A stretch of 64,000 nt of DNA from an uncultured Actinomycetes bacterium (GCA_963812205.1 CAWEUJ010000004.1:1514607-1578606), one strand, 5' to 3'. Numbered from the stretch's first letter, positions 19,916-28,108 are shown. The notes: a model not told the origin generated them from the sequence alone. Numbers and translations are program-made.

Positions 19916-21284
19916 ATGGACGCCGACGGCACGCTCGCCATCACCGACTTCGTCGACGAGGGCTTGGGGCATTCGTCGTATCTTGTCGATCTCGGCGACG
20001 GCCGGGCGCTGGTCGTCGATCCGCCGCGTCTGCCGTTGGCGCATCTGGACGCGGCCGCCGCCCGCGGCTTGGAGATTACGTGGACGGCTGACACCCACTC
20101 GCACGCGGACTACGTGTCGGGCAGTCCGGAGTTGGCAGCGCGGGGCGCGGAGTTTGTCGCGTCGGCGGGCGCGCGGCTCGAGGTCCCGCATCGCGCTATC
20201 GACGATGGCAATGAGATCGCGTTGCGCGATGGGCTCGTCCTTCGGGCGATCGCGACGCCGGGCCACACGCCCGACCATCTCGCCTACCTGCTCGTCGAAG
20301 ACGGCCGGCCCGTAGCGTTGTTCTCGGGTGGGTCGTTGATGGTCGGGACGGTTGGACGAACCGATCTGCTCGGCCCCGAGCCGCGCGAGGAGTTGACGCG
20401 GCGCCTCTTCCGGTCGTTGCGAGAGCGGATCTTGGTGTTGCCCGACGATGTGGTCGTGTATCCGACGCACGGCGCGGGTTCGTTTTGTTCGGCGCCGGGC
20501 GCGGCTGCTCGCACCACGACGATCGGGCGCGAGCGAACCACGAATCTGTTGCTGCAGATCGACAACGAGGACGCGTTCGTCGACGCGCTTGTGGGCGGCC
20601 TGGGCAGCTTCCCGTCGTATTTCTCGCGTCTGCCGGAAGTGAACCGGCGAGGCCCCCGCCTGTACGGATCGCTGCCTACGCTTCCGACACTCGACCTCGA
20701 CACGTTCCGCGCCCATATGGCCGCAGGCGCGGCCGTCCTTGATGTGCGCCCGATTCGGCACTTCGGCGCCGCACACATACCCGGTGCCGTGTCGATCGAG
20801 CTGCGGCCGGTGCTCGCAAGCTGGCTCGGCTGGCTCGTCGGTACGGGACGACCGCTGCTGTTCGTGCTCGACGACGACCAAGACCCGAACGAGCTGGTAC
20901 GGCAATGCCTGACGGTCGGCCACGAGAACCTCGTCGGCGCGCTCACCGGCGGCATGCGCACCTGGCGGTCCGCCGACCTGTCGACGACGTCGATACCCTT
21001 GATCGGGCCCGACGCGCTCGACCGGCACGGTGATCGACGTCCGCCAACACAACGAGTTCGTCGCCGGACACATTCCGGGAGCAACCAACGTCGAGCTCGG
21101 CGTGCTCGCGGACGCGGCAATCGCGGATGACGCCATCACGGTGATGTGCGGTCATGGCGAGCGTGCGATGACGGGCGCCAGCCTCTTGGCCGCGCACGGA
21201 CATACGAATCTGCGGGTGCTCACGGGTGGCCCGACCGAATGGGCATCATCGAGCGGCCTACCGCTCGAGCGCGACGACGCATGA
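19916..21284 (+). pseudogene. MBL-fold persulfide-dioxygenase-like enzyme fused to two rhodanese domains (CstB-like architecture), frameshift near 21030
   Basis: HSHADYVSG, ATPGHTPDH and YPTHGAGSFC (MBL). LDVRPIRHFGAAHIPGAVSIE (rhodanese 1). IDVRQHNEFVAGHIPGATNVE..MCGHGERA (rhodanese 2, in ORF 21030..21284). Confidence 0.75.
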
Positions 21285-22588
21285 CCGACACCAACTCGGT
21301 CGCCGCGCCCGCGTGCGGCTCGGCTTGCGCGAGAACCTCGCACAGTTTTCCTTGTTGGTCGGCGTCAACGCGCTCGTCGGCGGCATGATCGGCCAGGAAC
21401 GTACCGTGCTGCCGCTCCTTGCGGATCGCGTGTTCGGCCTGACCGCGTTCACCGCGACGATGACGTTCATCCTCGCGTTCGGTGCCGTCAAAGCCGCAAC
21501 GAACTTCTTCGCAGGAACCCTGTCCGACCGCGTCGGCCGCAAGCCGGTCCTCGTCGCCGGCTGGCTCATCGGATTGCCCGTCCCGCTGCTGTTGATCTGG
21601 GCGCCGAGCTGGAGCTGGATCGTCTTCGCGAACGTGCTGCTCGGTGTCAACCAAGGACTGACCTGGTCGACGACCGTCATCATGAAGATCGACCTCGTCG
21701 GTCCCGAACGGCGCGGGCTCGCGATGGGTTTCAACGAAGCCGCCGGATACGGCGCCGTCGCGATCACCGCGCTCGCGACCGGCTACATCGCCCAGACACG
21801 CGGGGCTTCGACCCGAGCCGTTCTTCCTTGGGATCGCCTACGCCGGATTGGGCCTCACGCTCTCGACACTTTTCGTCCATGAAACGCGCGGCCACGCGCA
21901 TCACGAGGCACGCCAACACAACACGACCAACGCCGCGCTCCACGAACAACTGTCCACCCGTGAAGTGTTCGCGCTCACCAGCTTCCGCGAGAAGGCGCTG
22001 TCGTCGTGCAGCCAAGCAGGACTCGTCAACAACCTGAACGACGGCCTGGCGTGGGGCATCTTCCCCATCTACTTCGCCAACGCCGGACTCTCGATCGCCC
22101 GCATCGGCGTACTGGCCGCCGTCTATCCGGCGATCTGGGGCCTCGGTCAACTCGTCACCGGCGGACTCTCCGATCGCATCGGCCGCAAATGGCTTATCGC
22201 GGGTGGCATGTTCACCCAGGCTGTCGCGATCGGCTGGATCGCCAGCACCACCGGCTTCGGGCCCTGGATGCTCGGTGCCGCGTTTCTCGGCGTCGGTACC
22301 GCGATGGTGTATCCAACGTTGCTCGCCGCAATCGGCGACGTTGCACACCCCCTATGGCGCGCCCGTGCCGTCGGCGTCTACCGGCTCTGGCGTGACGGCG
22401 GCTTCGCGGTTGGCGCGATCCTTGCCGGCGTGCTCGCGGACGTCTTCGGTATCACCACGGCGATTTGGGCTGTCGCCGCCCTCACCGGCCTCTCGGGTCT
22501 TGTCGTTGCGGTACGAATGTACGAGACACACCGTCCCGGCTCGACAAGACCGCCCGTCAGCCATGTCAGTCCGAGCGGTGTGCGGTGA
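21281..22588 (+). pseudogene. MFS transporter, frameshift near 21800 (start uncertain: ATG 21281 with a further shift, or GTG about 21312)
   Basis: ..LSDRVGRKPVLVAGW.. and ..LSDRIGRKWLIAGG.. (duplicated MFS loop motif) lie in two frames. Twelve hydrophobic segments when stitched. Confidence 0.7.
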
Positions 22589-22680
22589 CGATCCAGGTCG
22601 CCGCACCGAGTCGCACGCCGTCGTTGTCGTAGTGCTCGGCGAGGACCTCCCGCGCGGCTGCGGTGGGCTCGTCCTCCCCG
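22563..22680 (-). pseudogene. C-terminal fragment of a class I methyltransferase (same family as 17311..18162)
   Basis: The minus strand reads ..EDEPTAAAREVLAEHYDNDGVRLGAATWIVTAHRSD-stop. It overlaps the 3' end of the MFS gene. Confidence 0.45.
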
Positions 22681-22862
22681 GGCTCGCGGCCGCGCACTAC
22701 CTACCGCTACCCGACCCGGTCTCCGGCGGCGGGCCTGGTCCGTTCTCCCTCGCCGATCGTGATGCGATCGAAATGCTGCTCGACTCGGCCGGATTCGCCC
22801 GAGCGAATCGTCGAGACTGCCACCACCAGCGAGGAGCATCGGGACCTCATAGGCGCTGATGT
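22679..22862 (+). pseudogene. Central fragment of a methyltransferase of the same family, on the opposite strand
   Basis: The plus strand reads GLAAAHYLPLPDPVSGGGPGPFSLADRDAIEMLLDSAGFAR(fs)IVETATTSEEHRDLIGADVD. Confidence 0.45.
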
Positions 22863-23039
22863 CGACATCAAGTCGTTGCGCGCGAGCTCCTGCCAGCAGG
22901 CGAAGACGAGCCGACCGCCGCTGCGGCGTTTCTGCTCAACACCGGAGCTGCCCGCGCCATGTTCGACGGCGCCGAACCGTCTGCGGCCGAGCTCGCCCGT
23001 CGCGTGCACCGCGGTGCTTGTCGCACAAGCACCGCTCGC

Positions 23040-23325
23040 AGCACCCACAATCGCCCAGCCGGCGCTCCGCGCGGTCGGACGGTCGCTCGCACGACGCTTC
23101 ATCAAGCACTACCGCGATCAGATGCCGCTCGACCCCGACCAACTCCGCTGGCACGAGGCATGGCAATGCGTCCGCGCGCTCGCCGAAGTCGGCGATAACC
23201 GACTCGCAAGCAACCACAACAACGTCAACCACCCGTTCGAAACCTCGGTCGAGGGCGTCAGCCGCCACCTCCAGCTGACGACCGGCATCCAGGTCGAACT
23301 CCCGCCGCGTAACGCGCACATCTAG
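23040..23325 (+). pseudogene. Possible C-terminal remnant of a phosphotransferase (APH-like) gene
   Basis: ..RRFIKHYRDQMPLDPDQLRWHEAWQCVRALAEV.. is coding-like, but no N-terminal kinase domain lies upstream. Confidence 0.3.
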
Positions 23326-23367
23326 GTAGCAATACGCTGACGCCGCACCGCCCGACCGGAGGTCATC

Positions 23368-23736
23368 GTGGCCGAGCCCAACATCGACATCGTCATCGAC
23401 TGCGCCGACCCCGAATCGCTAGCCGAGTTCTGGGCCGAAGCACTGGGCTACACCAAGGCCGGCATGTTCGAGCCCTACTACGTACTGCTCGCACCGACGC
23501 GAGAACGCCCGCCAGTCATCCTGCAACGGGTACCCGAACCCAAAACCGTCAAAGCTCGCATCCACTTCGATCTGCGCGTCGCCGACATCGAGACCGAAGC
23601 GAAACGCCTCGAACAACTTGGCGCCCGCCGCATCGACATCGGCCAAGGATCCGACCCCGGCTGGATCGCCATGGCCGATCCCGAAGGCAACGAGTTCTGC
23701 GTCTGCCCCGGCATTCCGCTGCCGCCCCTGCAATAG
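23368..23736 (+). CDS. VOC/glyoxalase-family protein
   Basis: 122 aa. IDIVIDCADPESLAEFWAEALGY.. and ..RIHFDLRV..GWIAMADPEGNEFCV, typical of glyoxalase-like domains. Confidence 0.7.
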   Translation: MAEPNIDIVIDCADPESLAEFWAEALGYTKAGMFEPYYVLLAPTRERPPVILQRVPEPKTVKARIHFDLRVADIETEAKRLEQLGARRIDIGQGSDPGWIAMADPEGNEFCVCPGIPLPPLQ

Positions 23737-23889
23737 GTCGAGCTCGTGACTGTCGTGCTGGTCAAATCCATCAGATCGAGTCATACCAGTACGGCGGCGA
23801 CGTCCTCGCGGTGGCCGTTCGCATCTGATCACTGGACGGGCATTCGCTCAGATTCCAATCCGGTGCGCTTCGGTCGAGTGTCGATCGGC

Positions 23890-24186
23890 TCAGATGTCCG
23901 CTCCCGATGAACGAAGTATGTCGAGGAGCTGGTCGACGGTCGGAGCGCCTTCCGCGCGGCACGCGAGCGCTGTCGGCGCGTCTGGAGGTGCGAAAGGATT
24001 GCGACCGTCGATGAGTACGGTCGGGGACCCGTGCAGCCCCGCGCGTCGGGCGTCATCCTCGCTATCGACGCGCAAAAGCTCGACAGCAACGTCTGATCGA
24101 TCCAACGCGGCGAGCGCCGCGTCGACGCGCTCTTTCGCCATCCTCCAGTTCGGACAATCGTCGAAGTACACGATGCTGACGCGCAT
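23890..24186 (-). CDS. Thioredoxin-fold small protein
   Basis: MRVSIVYFDDCPNW..GSPTVLIDG pattern, a thioredoxin-like beta-alpha-beta fold with an active-site-position Cys. Confidence 0.5.
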   Translation of the reverse strand: MRVSIVYFDDCPNWRMAKERVDAALAALDRSDVAVELLRVDSEDDARRAGLHGSPTVLIDGRNPFAPPDAPTALACRAEGAPTVDQLLDILRSSGADI

Positions 24187-24359
24187 ACGGGCCTCCCGTA
24201 ACAACGCTCGCCGACGCCCCATGCGCAGTCAAGAGGTGAACATGAGGCGATCGGACCGCCCGCCTGTTCGGGGTTTTCGCGAGATGAGAGACGGTCGTCG
24301 AGCCCGGTAGTGACCTCTGGCCCTGCGCACGCACGCTCGCCGCAGGCACACTTGGGAAC

Positions 24360-24809
24360 GTGGCAACAGGCATGACCTATGGCGTACGGGCGACAACGCT
24401 GGGAGACGGCGTTTCCGTGGCATACGCCAAGGAAGCGACGATCCGGTTCGACTCCTCGCCCGAGCAGGGCCCGTCGCTGCCGGGTCCCGCGGACCTCCTG
24501 GCCGCTGCCTTCGCCGCGTGCATCCTGAAGAACGTGGAACGGATGAGCGCGTTGCTGCCGTTCCGCTACCACGACGCCGAAGTCGAGGTCACCGCCGAGC
24601 GTCAAGATCGACCACCCAAGATGACCAAGATCAGCTATGTGCTGCGAATCGCTACCGACGAACCGACACATCGGGTCGAGCTGCTGCACCAGAACATCCG
24701 CGAGTACGGCACGATCTACAACACGCTCGCGGCGGTCTGCGAGGTACACGGCGAGATAACGACGGTCGCGCCGCCCATCCCGATCGCGTCTCCGGGGGCG
24801 GCAGGTTGA
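24360..24809 (+). CDS. OsmC/Ohr-family peroxiredoxin-like protein
   Basis: ..PADLLAAAFAACILKNV.. and ..YNTLAAVCEVHG.., the two conserved Cys contexts of OsmC. Confidence 0.7.
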   Translation: MATGMTYGVRATTLGDGVSVAYAKEATIRFDSSPEQGPSLPGPADLLAAAFAACILKNVERMSALLPFRYHDAEVEVTAERQDRPPKMTKISYVLRIATDEPTHRVELLHQNIREYGTIYNTLAAVCEVHGEITTVAPPIPIASPGAAG

Positions 24810-24831
24810 CGGCCAAAGTTACGGCCAACAG
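24806..24831 (+). repeat. Two tandem TGACGGCC-type iterons left of tRNA fragment B
   Basis: TTGACGGCCAAAG (24806-24818) and TTACGGCCAACAG (24819-24831). Confidence 0.7.
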
Positions 24832-24929
24832 GCCGAACGGCTGCGGCGTTCGGCGGACAGCGGCGAACGTGTCGGTGCAGCCGGTGGGCGAGTGCGGACG
24901 TCCGCGACTCTCGGCGATCACCGCCGAGT

Positions 24930-24971
24930 CGGCTTAGGAAACCGATGCTCTATCCCCTGAGCTACGAGGGC
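24930..24971. repeat. Direct repeat copy B (truncated tRNA-Arg 5' half, att-like)
   Basis: cgg[c]ttaggaaaccgatgctctatcccctgagctacgagggc. Downstream sequence in tRNA orientation keeps a 5-bp anticodon stem, but no T arm or acceptor 3' strand follows. Confidence 0.9.
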
Positions 24972-25012
24972 ATACGTGCTCTGACCTGCGCTTTCGCGTG
25001 TCGACAGTGCAC

Positions 25013-25059
25013 GTGACGGCCCAACGGTAGCGAGTTGACGGCCGTACTGACGGCCAACG
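25013..25059 (+). repeat. Three TGACGGCC-type iterons right of tRNA fragment B
   Basis: GTGACGGCCCAAC (25013-25025), TTGACGGCCGTAC (25035-25047) and CTGACGGCCAACG (25047-25059), all in the same orientation. Confidence 0.7.
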
Positions 25060-25228
25060 CGCCCGCACCCTCGTACGTCGGCGGGTCGGTGCGAACGTCG
25101 ACAAACGGCAGCGGATCGCGCGACAAACGGTTCGCGCGACCGTGCATCGTGTGCTCGCGCGGGCCCGACCTCGGTGCGGGATGCAACGTCGCCTGAGCGC
25201 GGATGACTTCGGCGCATCGCGGTCCCGG

Positions 25229-25729
25229 TCAGCCGATACCGGGGATCTGCTGCACCATTGCCTTGAGTTCGAGATCGGGGAATCCGTGTCGTTTGTCGAG
25301 TGGCCCGCAAGGAGTGTGTGCCAACTCAAGCGACAGCGCGAGGAGGTCGTCGTCGCCTCTTTGGTCGCGATGGAACTCGGCGAGCGACGAGAAGTCGTTC
25401 ATGGATCCCAGGACGCTGCGATTCGCGGTCTTCGCAAAACGGTGTTGTGCCATCTCGGAGAGTTCGGAGTCGATGAACCGAGGATCGAGGCCGAACACGT
25501 CGAAGACGGAGCGGAGATGGGACACGAAGCGCGGCGCGAGCGTCGCGGCGGGAGCGAGCGGTACGAACACGGGAAGGCGGGTCGGCTCGTTGACGAAAAG
25601 CGCGACTTGGGGTTTCCAGAACAGGGCGGTTGCGTACCAATCGCCCAGCGCCGTCGTCGCCGGCTCATCGGAGATCGAGGGACCGCCGCAGCGGTCGAGC
25701 AGCTTCTTGGTCGCTCGGACGACAATCAC
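25229..25729 (-). CDS. Conserved hypothetical protein (resembles the DUF6933-type actinobacterial family)
   Basis: VRATKKLLDR..LGDWYATALFWKPQVALFVNEPTRLPVFVPLAPA..AKTANRSVLGSMNDF..LAHTPCGPL. GTG at 25729 is preferred over ATG at 25873, because the latter would run through the 30-bp palindrome. Confidence 0.5.
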   Translation of the reverse strand: MIVVRATKKLLDRCGGPSISDEPATTALGDWYATALFWKPQVALFVNEPTRLPVFVPLAPAATLAPRFVSHLRSVFDVFGLDPRFIDSELSEMAQHRFAKTANRSVLGSMNDFSSLAEFHRDQRGDDDLLALSLELAHTPCGPLDKRHGFPDLELKAMVQQIPGIG

Positions 25730-25855
25730 AATTCGCAGTCTGACGCGGGGGCCGAGCCTCGCCGCGGCCGATCCTGCGGCCGCCCGGCTCGCACCGAGGT
25801 GACTCGACTGATCGGCCGGTATGAGCCTTGACGCACCATGTTCCAAAAGGGTCAT

Positions 25856-25885
25856 TTCGGTGTTCGGTTGCAACCGAACACCGAA
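25856..25885. promoter_or_regulatory. Perfect 30-bp palindrome TTCGGTGTTCGGTTG|CAACCGAACACCGAA
   Basis: Direct reading. It lies in the divergent region between the 25229..25729 gene and the AbiEi-like gene. Confidence 0.6.
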
Positions 25886-25893
25886 CGACTACA

Positions 25894-27003
25894 GTGGGTC
25901 GAGTGATACGAAGATCTCAGGCAGACGTGGCGGCCGACGCCGAGGCGGCGTTGGTCCGCGCCCTGCAGAGCGTGCTCGGCAACGGAATCGATGTCATGAG
26001 CTCTCCTGGCTCGGGTCCCGACCTGGTAATCGCTCTGCCGAAGGGGCCGACGTTGGCGATCGAGGTCAAGGCGGTTTCCCGCCGCGCCGAGCCCGGCCCG
26101 GTCGCCAACGCAATGCGAACATGGAATGAGCGGCTTGTCGGGTTGCGCCGGTCGACGGGCAACGCGGTCTATGGGGTTGTTGTGGCGGCGGCCATTCCGC
26201 AAGCGACGAAGGCGATCCTTCGCGAGAACGGTTGGGGATGGCTGGATCGTCGGGGTGAACTGGACTTGCGGATTCCGGGCCTTGTCATTCACGCGACCGA
26301 TATCGAGCCGAGCGTTGAGAGTGCCGGCGCCGTCGGCGATCGACAAGTGAAGGACCCGATCCGGGGCCGCGCCGGGATCACGGTGGCCGCGTGCCTACTC
26401 CTCGAACCCGGCGCGACGCTCGGGGTTCGCGAGATCGCACGAGCCGGCGGGCTCGCGCCGAGCAGCGTGAGCGCGGCACTCGCCGACTTACGGCACGCGT
26501 CCTTACTCCGAGCCGACGGTGGCGCGTTGATCCCCGAGCTGTTCTGGGCGCTCGCCGATGCGTGGAAGCCAAAGCGCGACGCGCTCGCCGAAGTACCGAG
26601 GCTCGGAGGAAGGGCGCGGCTCGCGCTCGGGCTCGACGATATGGCTGCGCCGGGATGGGTAGCCGGAGGCACACTCGCCGCGGCGGCTTGGTCGGCGCCC
26701 GTAGTTGTCGCGTCGGGCGCGCCGCCCGACTTCTACGTACCGAACGAGAACGAGGCCCGCGCGGCGCGACGCGAACTCCACGCTGTCGTCAATCCCGACG
26801 AACGTGCGTGCACCGTCGCGGTCGCACCAACAATCCTCGTGGTTCGGCCTCGTAACACGCCGAACGCGATGGCAACATCGTGGCTCAAGTGGCCGATCGT
26901 GCACCCCCTGTTTGCTGCACTCGATCTGGCACAGGATCGCGCGCGGGGAGTGGAAATACTCGAAGACTGGACACCCCCCGCGCCGTTCGCGAGAGTCTGG
27001 TGA
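25894..27003 (+). CDS. AbiEi-like antitoxin/transcriptional regulator with N-terminal PD-(D/E)xK-like extension
   Basis: Central wHTH (LGVREIARAGGLAPSSVSAALADLRHASLL). N-terminal GPDLVIALPKGPTLAIEVKA (D..EVK nuclease-fold-like). GTGA overlap with the downstream nucleotidyltransferase gene. Start is GTG 25894 or 25903. Confidence 0.5.
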   Translation: MGRVIRRSQADVAADAEAALVRALQSVLGNGIDVMSSPGSGPDLVIALPKGPTLAIEVKAVSRRAEPGPVANAMRTWNERLVGLRRSTGNAVYGVVVAAAIPQATKAILRENGWGWLDRRGELDLRIPGLVIHATDIEPSVESAGAVGDRQVKDPIRGRAGITVAACLLLEPGATLGVREIARAGGLAPSSVSAALADLRHASLLRADGGALIPELFWALADAWKPKRDALAEVPRLGGRARLALGLDDMAAPGWVAGGTLAAAAWSAPVVVASGAPPDFYVPNENEARAARRELHAVVNPDERACTVAVAPTILVVRPRNTPNAMATSWLKWPIVHPLFAALDLAQDRARGVEILEDWTPPAPFARVW

Positions 27004-27767
27004 ACACGACTCAGATCGTCCTCGCGGGCGAGCCAGTCGCAGCAATGACTCTCGCCGCCGAGCGGGCGTGCGCGGTGCCCGATCTCCCACTCGCGATCAT
27101 CGGCGGCTTCGCCGTGACGTGCCGGCTCGGTCATGTCCACCGAGCGACGGGTGACGTCGACGCGGTGGCCGATGAACTCGCGACCGTCGGCGCGGAAGGT
27201 TCGAGCGCCCAAGCCCTTGTTGAACGCGGCATCGCGCAACCCGATCCTGGTGGTAGAGACCACCGCGTCTTCGTTGATGGAACCAGGCTCGAGATCATCG
27301 ATACGCAAGCGCTTAGCGATGATGTTGACGACATCGAATCGGCGCTGGATCGTCTCTTCTTACTCGGTCATCGTTGGGCGCTCGACTCAGCCGAACTGCT
27401 ACGGATCACTGTCGCGGGAACCGACATCGATGTCACGCTCCCCGTCGCCACATCGGCTGCACTGGTCGCAACCAAACTCCACGCGTTCTGCGATCGTCCG
27501 CGTGACGAGAAGCGAGCATCCGACGCCTACGACATCTTTCGCCTCGTCGAGAGCTACGACAGAGATGGCGGTGTCGCAGATGCTCTCAACCAAGGCCCAC
27601 GCGGCCTCGCCGAAGTGGTGCACGAAACCGCCGCCCAGAGACTCGTCGAAAGCGCCGAGCGCGTCATCCGATACCTGAAGGTCTACGGCGAACCCATCTG
27701 GGGTGAGATCTCCGCGGCCGACATCCGCCGCGTGCTCGGTTCACTTGTCGATCGACTGCGCAACTGA
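27000..27767 (+). CDS. AbiEii/AbiGii-family nucleotidyltransferase toxin (DUF1814-like)
   Basis: IIGGFAVTCRLGHVHRATGDVDAV NTase motif, and later ..ALVATKLHAFCDRPRDEKRASDAYDIFRL. Confidence 0.65.
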   Translation: MNTTQIVLAGEPVAAMTLAAERACAVPDLPLAIIGGFAVTCRLGHVHRATGDVDAVADELATVGAEGSSAQALVERGIAQPDPGGRDHRVFVDGTRLEIIDTQALSDDVDDIESALDRLFLLGHRWALDSAELLRITVAGTDIDVTLPVATSAALVATKLHAFCDRPRDEKRASDAYDIFRLVESYDRDGGVADALNQGPRGLAEVVHETAAQRLVESAERVIRYLKVYGEPIWGEISAADIRRVLGSLVDRLRN

Positions 27768-28108
27768 TGGGTGTTATCGGTAGCTGGCGGATCGTGGAGA
27801 TGGATCTCTGGGATCGCGAAGCGCTCGACTTGCTCGGCCCGGCGTTCATTGACTTCCGCGAGGATCACACCGGCGAGTTTCGCTTCATCGCCGTGGAAGC
27901 CTGGATGGATTGCCGCGGCGCGTTGCGCGACGGGCGGCAAATCGTCGAGTTCTCGTGGGACGGCAGCGATGAGTGCGACCCGGCGAGCGGACGAGGCTGG
28001 GCCGCCCTCGACGAAGACGGTTCGCTGGTCGGGCACATCTACTTTCACCTCGGCGACGACTCGGGTTTCCGGGCGAGGCGCGCTGCGAGTGCCGTGGAAC
28101 GGCAGTGA
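27767..28108 (+). CDS. Hypothetical small protein, translationally coupled to the AbiEii-like gene
   Basis: TGATG stop/start overlap at 27765-27769. 113 aa, GSWRIVEMDLWD..VEFSWDGSDECDPASGRGWAAL..GHIYFHLGDDSGF. Confidence 0.5.
   Translation: MGVIGSWRIVEMDLWDREALDLLGPAFIDFREDHTGEFRFIAVEAWMDCRGALRDGRQIVEFSWDGSDECDPASGRGWAALDEDGSLVGHIYFHLGDDSGFRARRAASAVERQ

Larger units (their letters stand above)
9670..24929. mobile_element. Putative tRNA-Arg-associated genomic island (about 15.3 kb), no integrase recognised
   Basis: Bounded by the 42-bp direct repeat. Cargo is accessory stress genes, an IS110 transposase and gene fragments. The first about 600 bp (9670-10288) are lower in GC and non-coding. 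Confidence 0.5.

Noticed and set aside
22862-23010. A firm call of a simple in-place inversion of about 200 bp within the methyltransferase remnant.
   Set aside because: Both strands give family-like peptide strings here (GGRLVFACWQ on minus, AAFLLNTGAARAMF on plus), and they are mutually exclusive. Without alignments I cannot tell which is real, so only the opposite-strand abutment at about 22680 is reported.
24930-24971. Second functional tRNA-Arg gene at copy B.
   Set aside because: Only the acceptor 5' strand, D arm and anticodon stem-loop are present. The following sequence forms a CUCGGCG/CGCCGAG hairpin, not a T arm, and no acceptor 3' strand exists.
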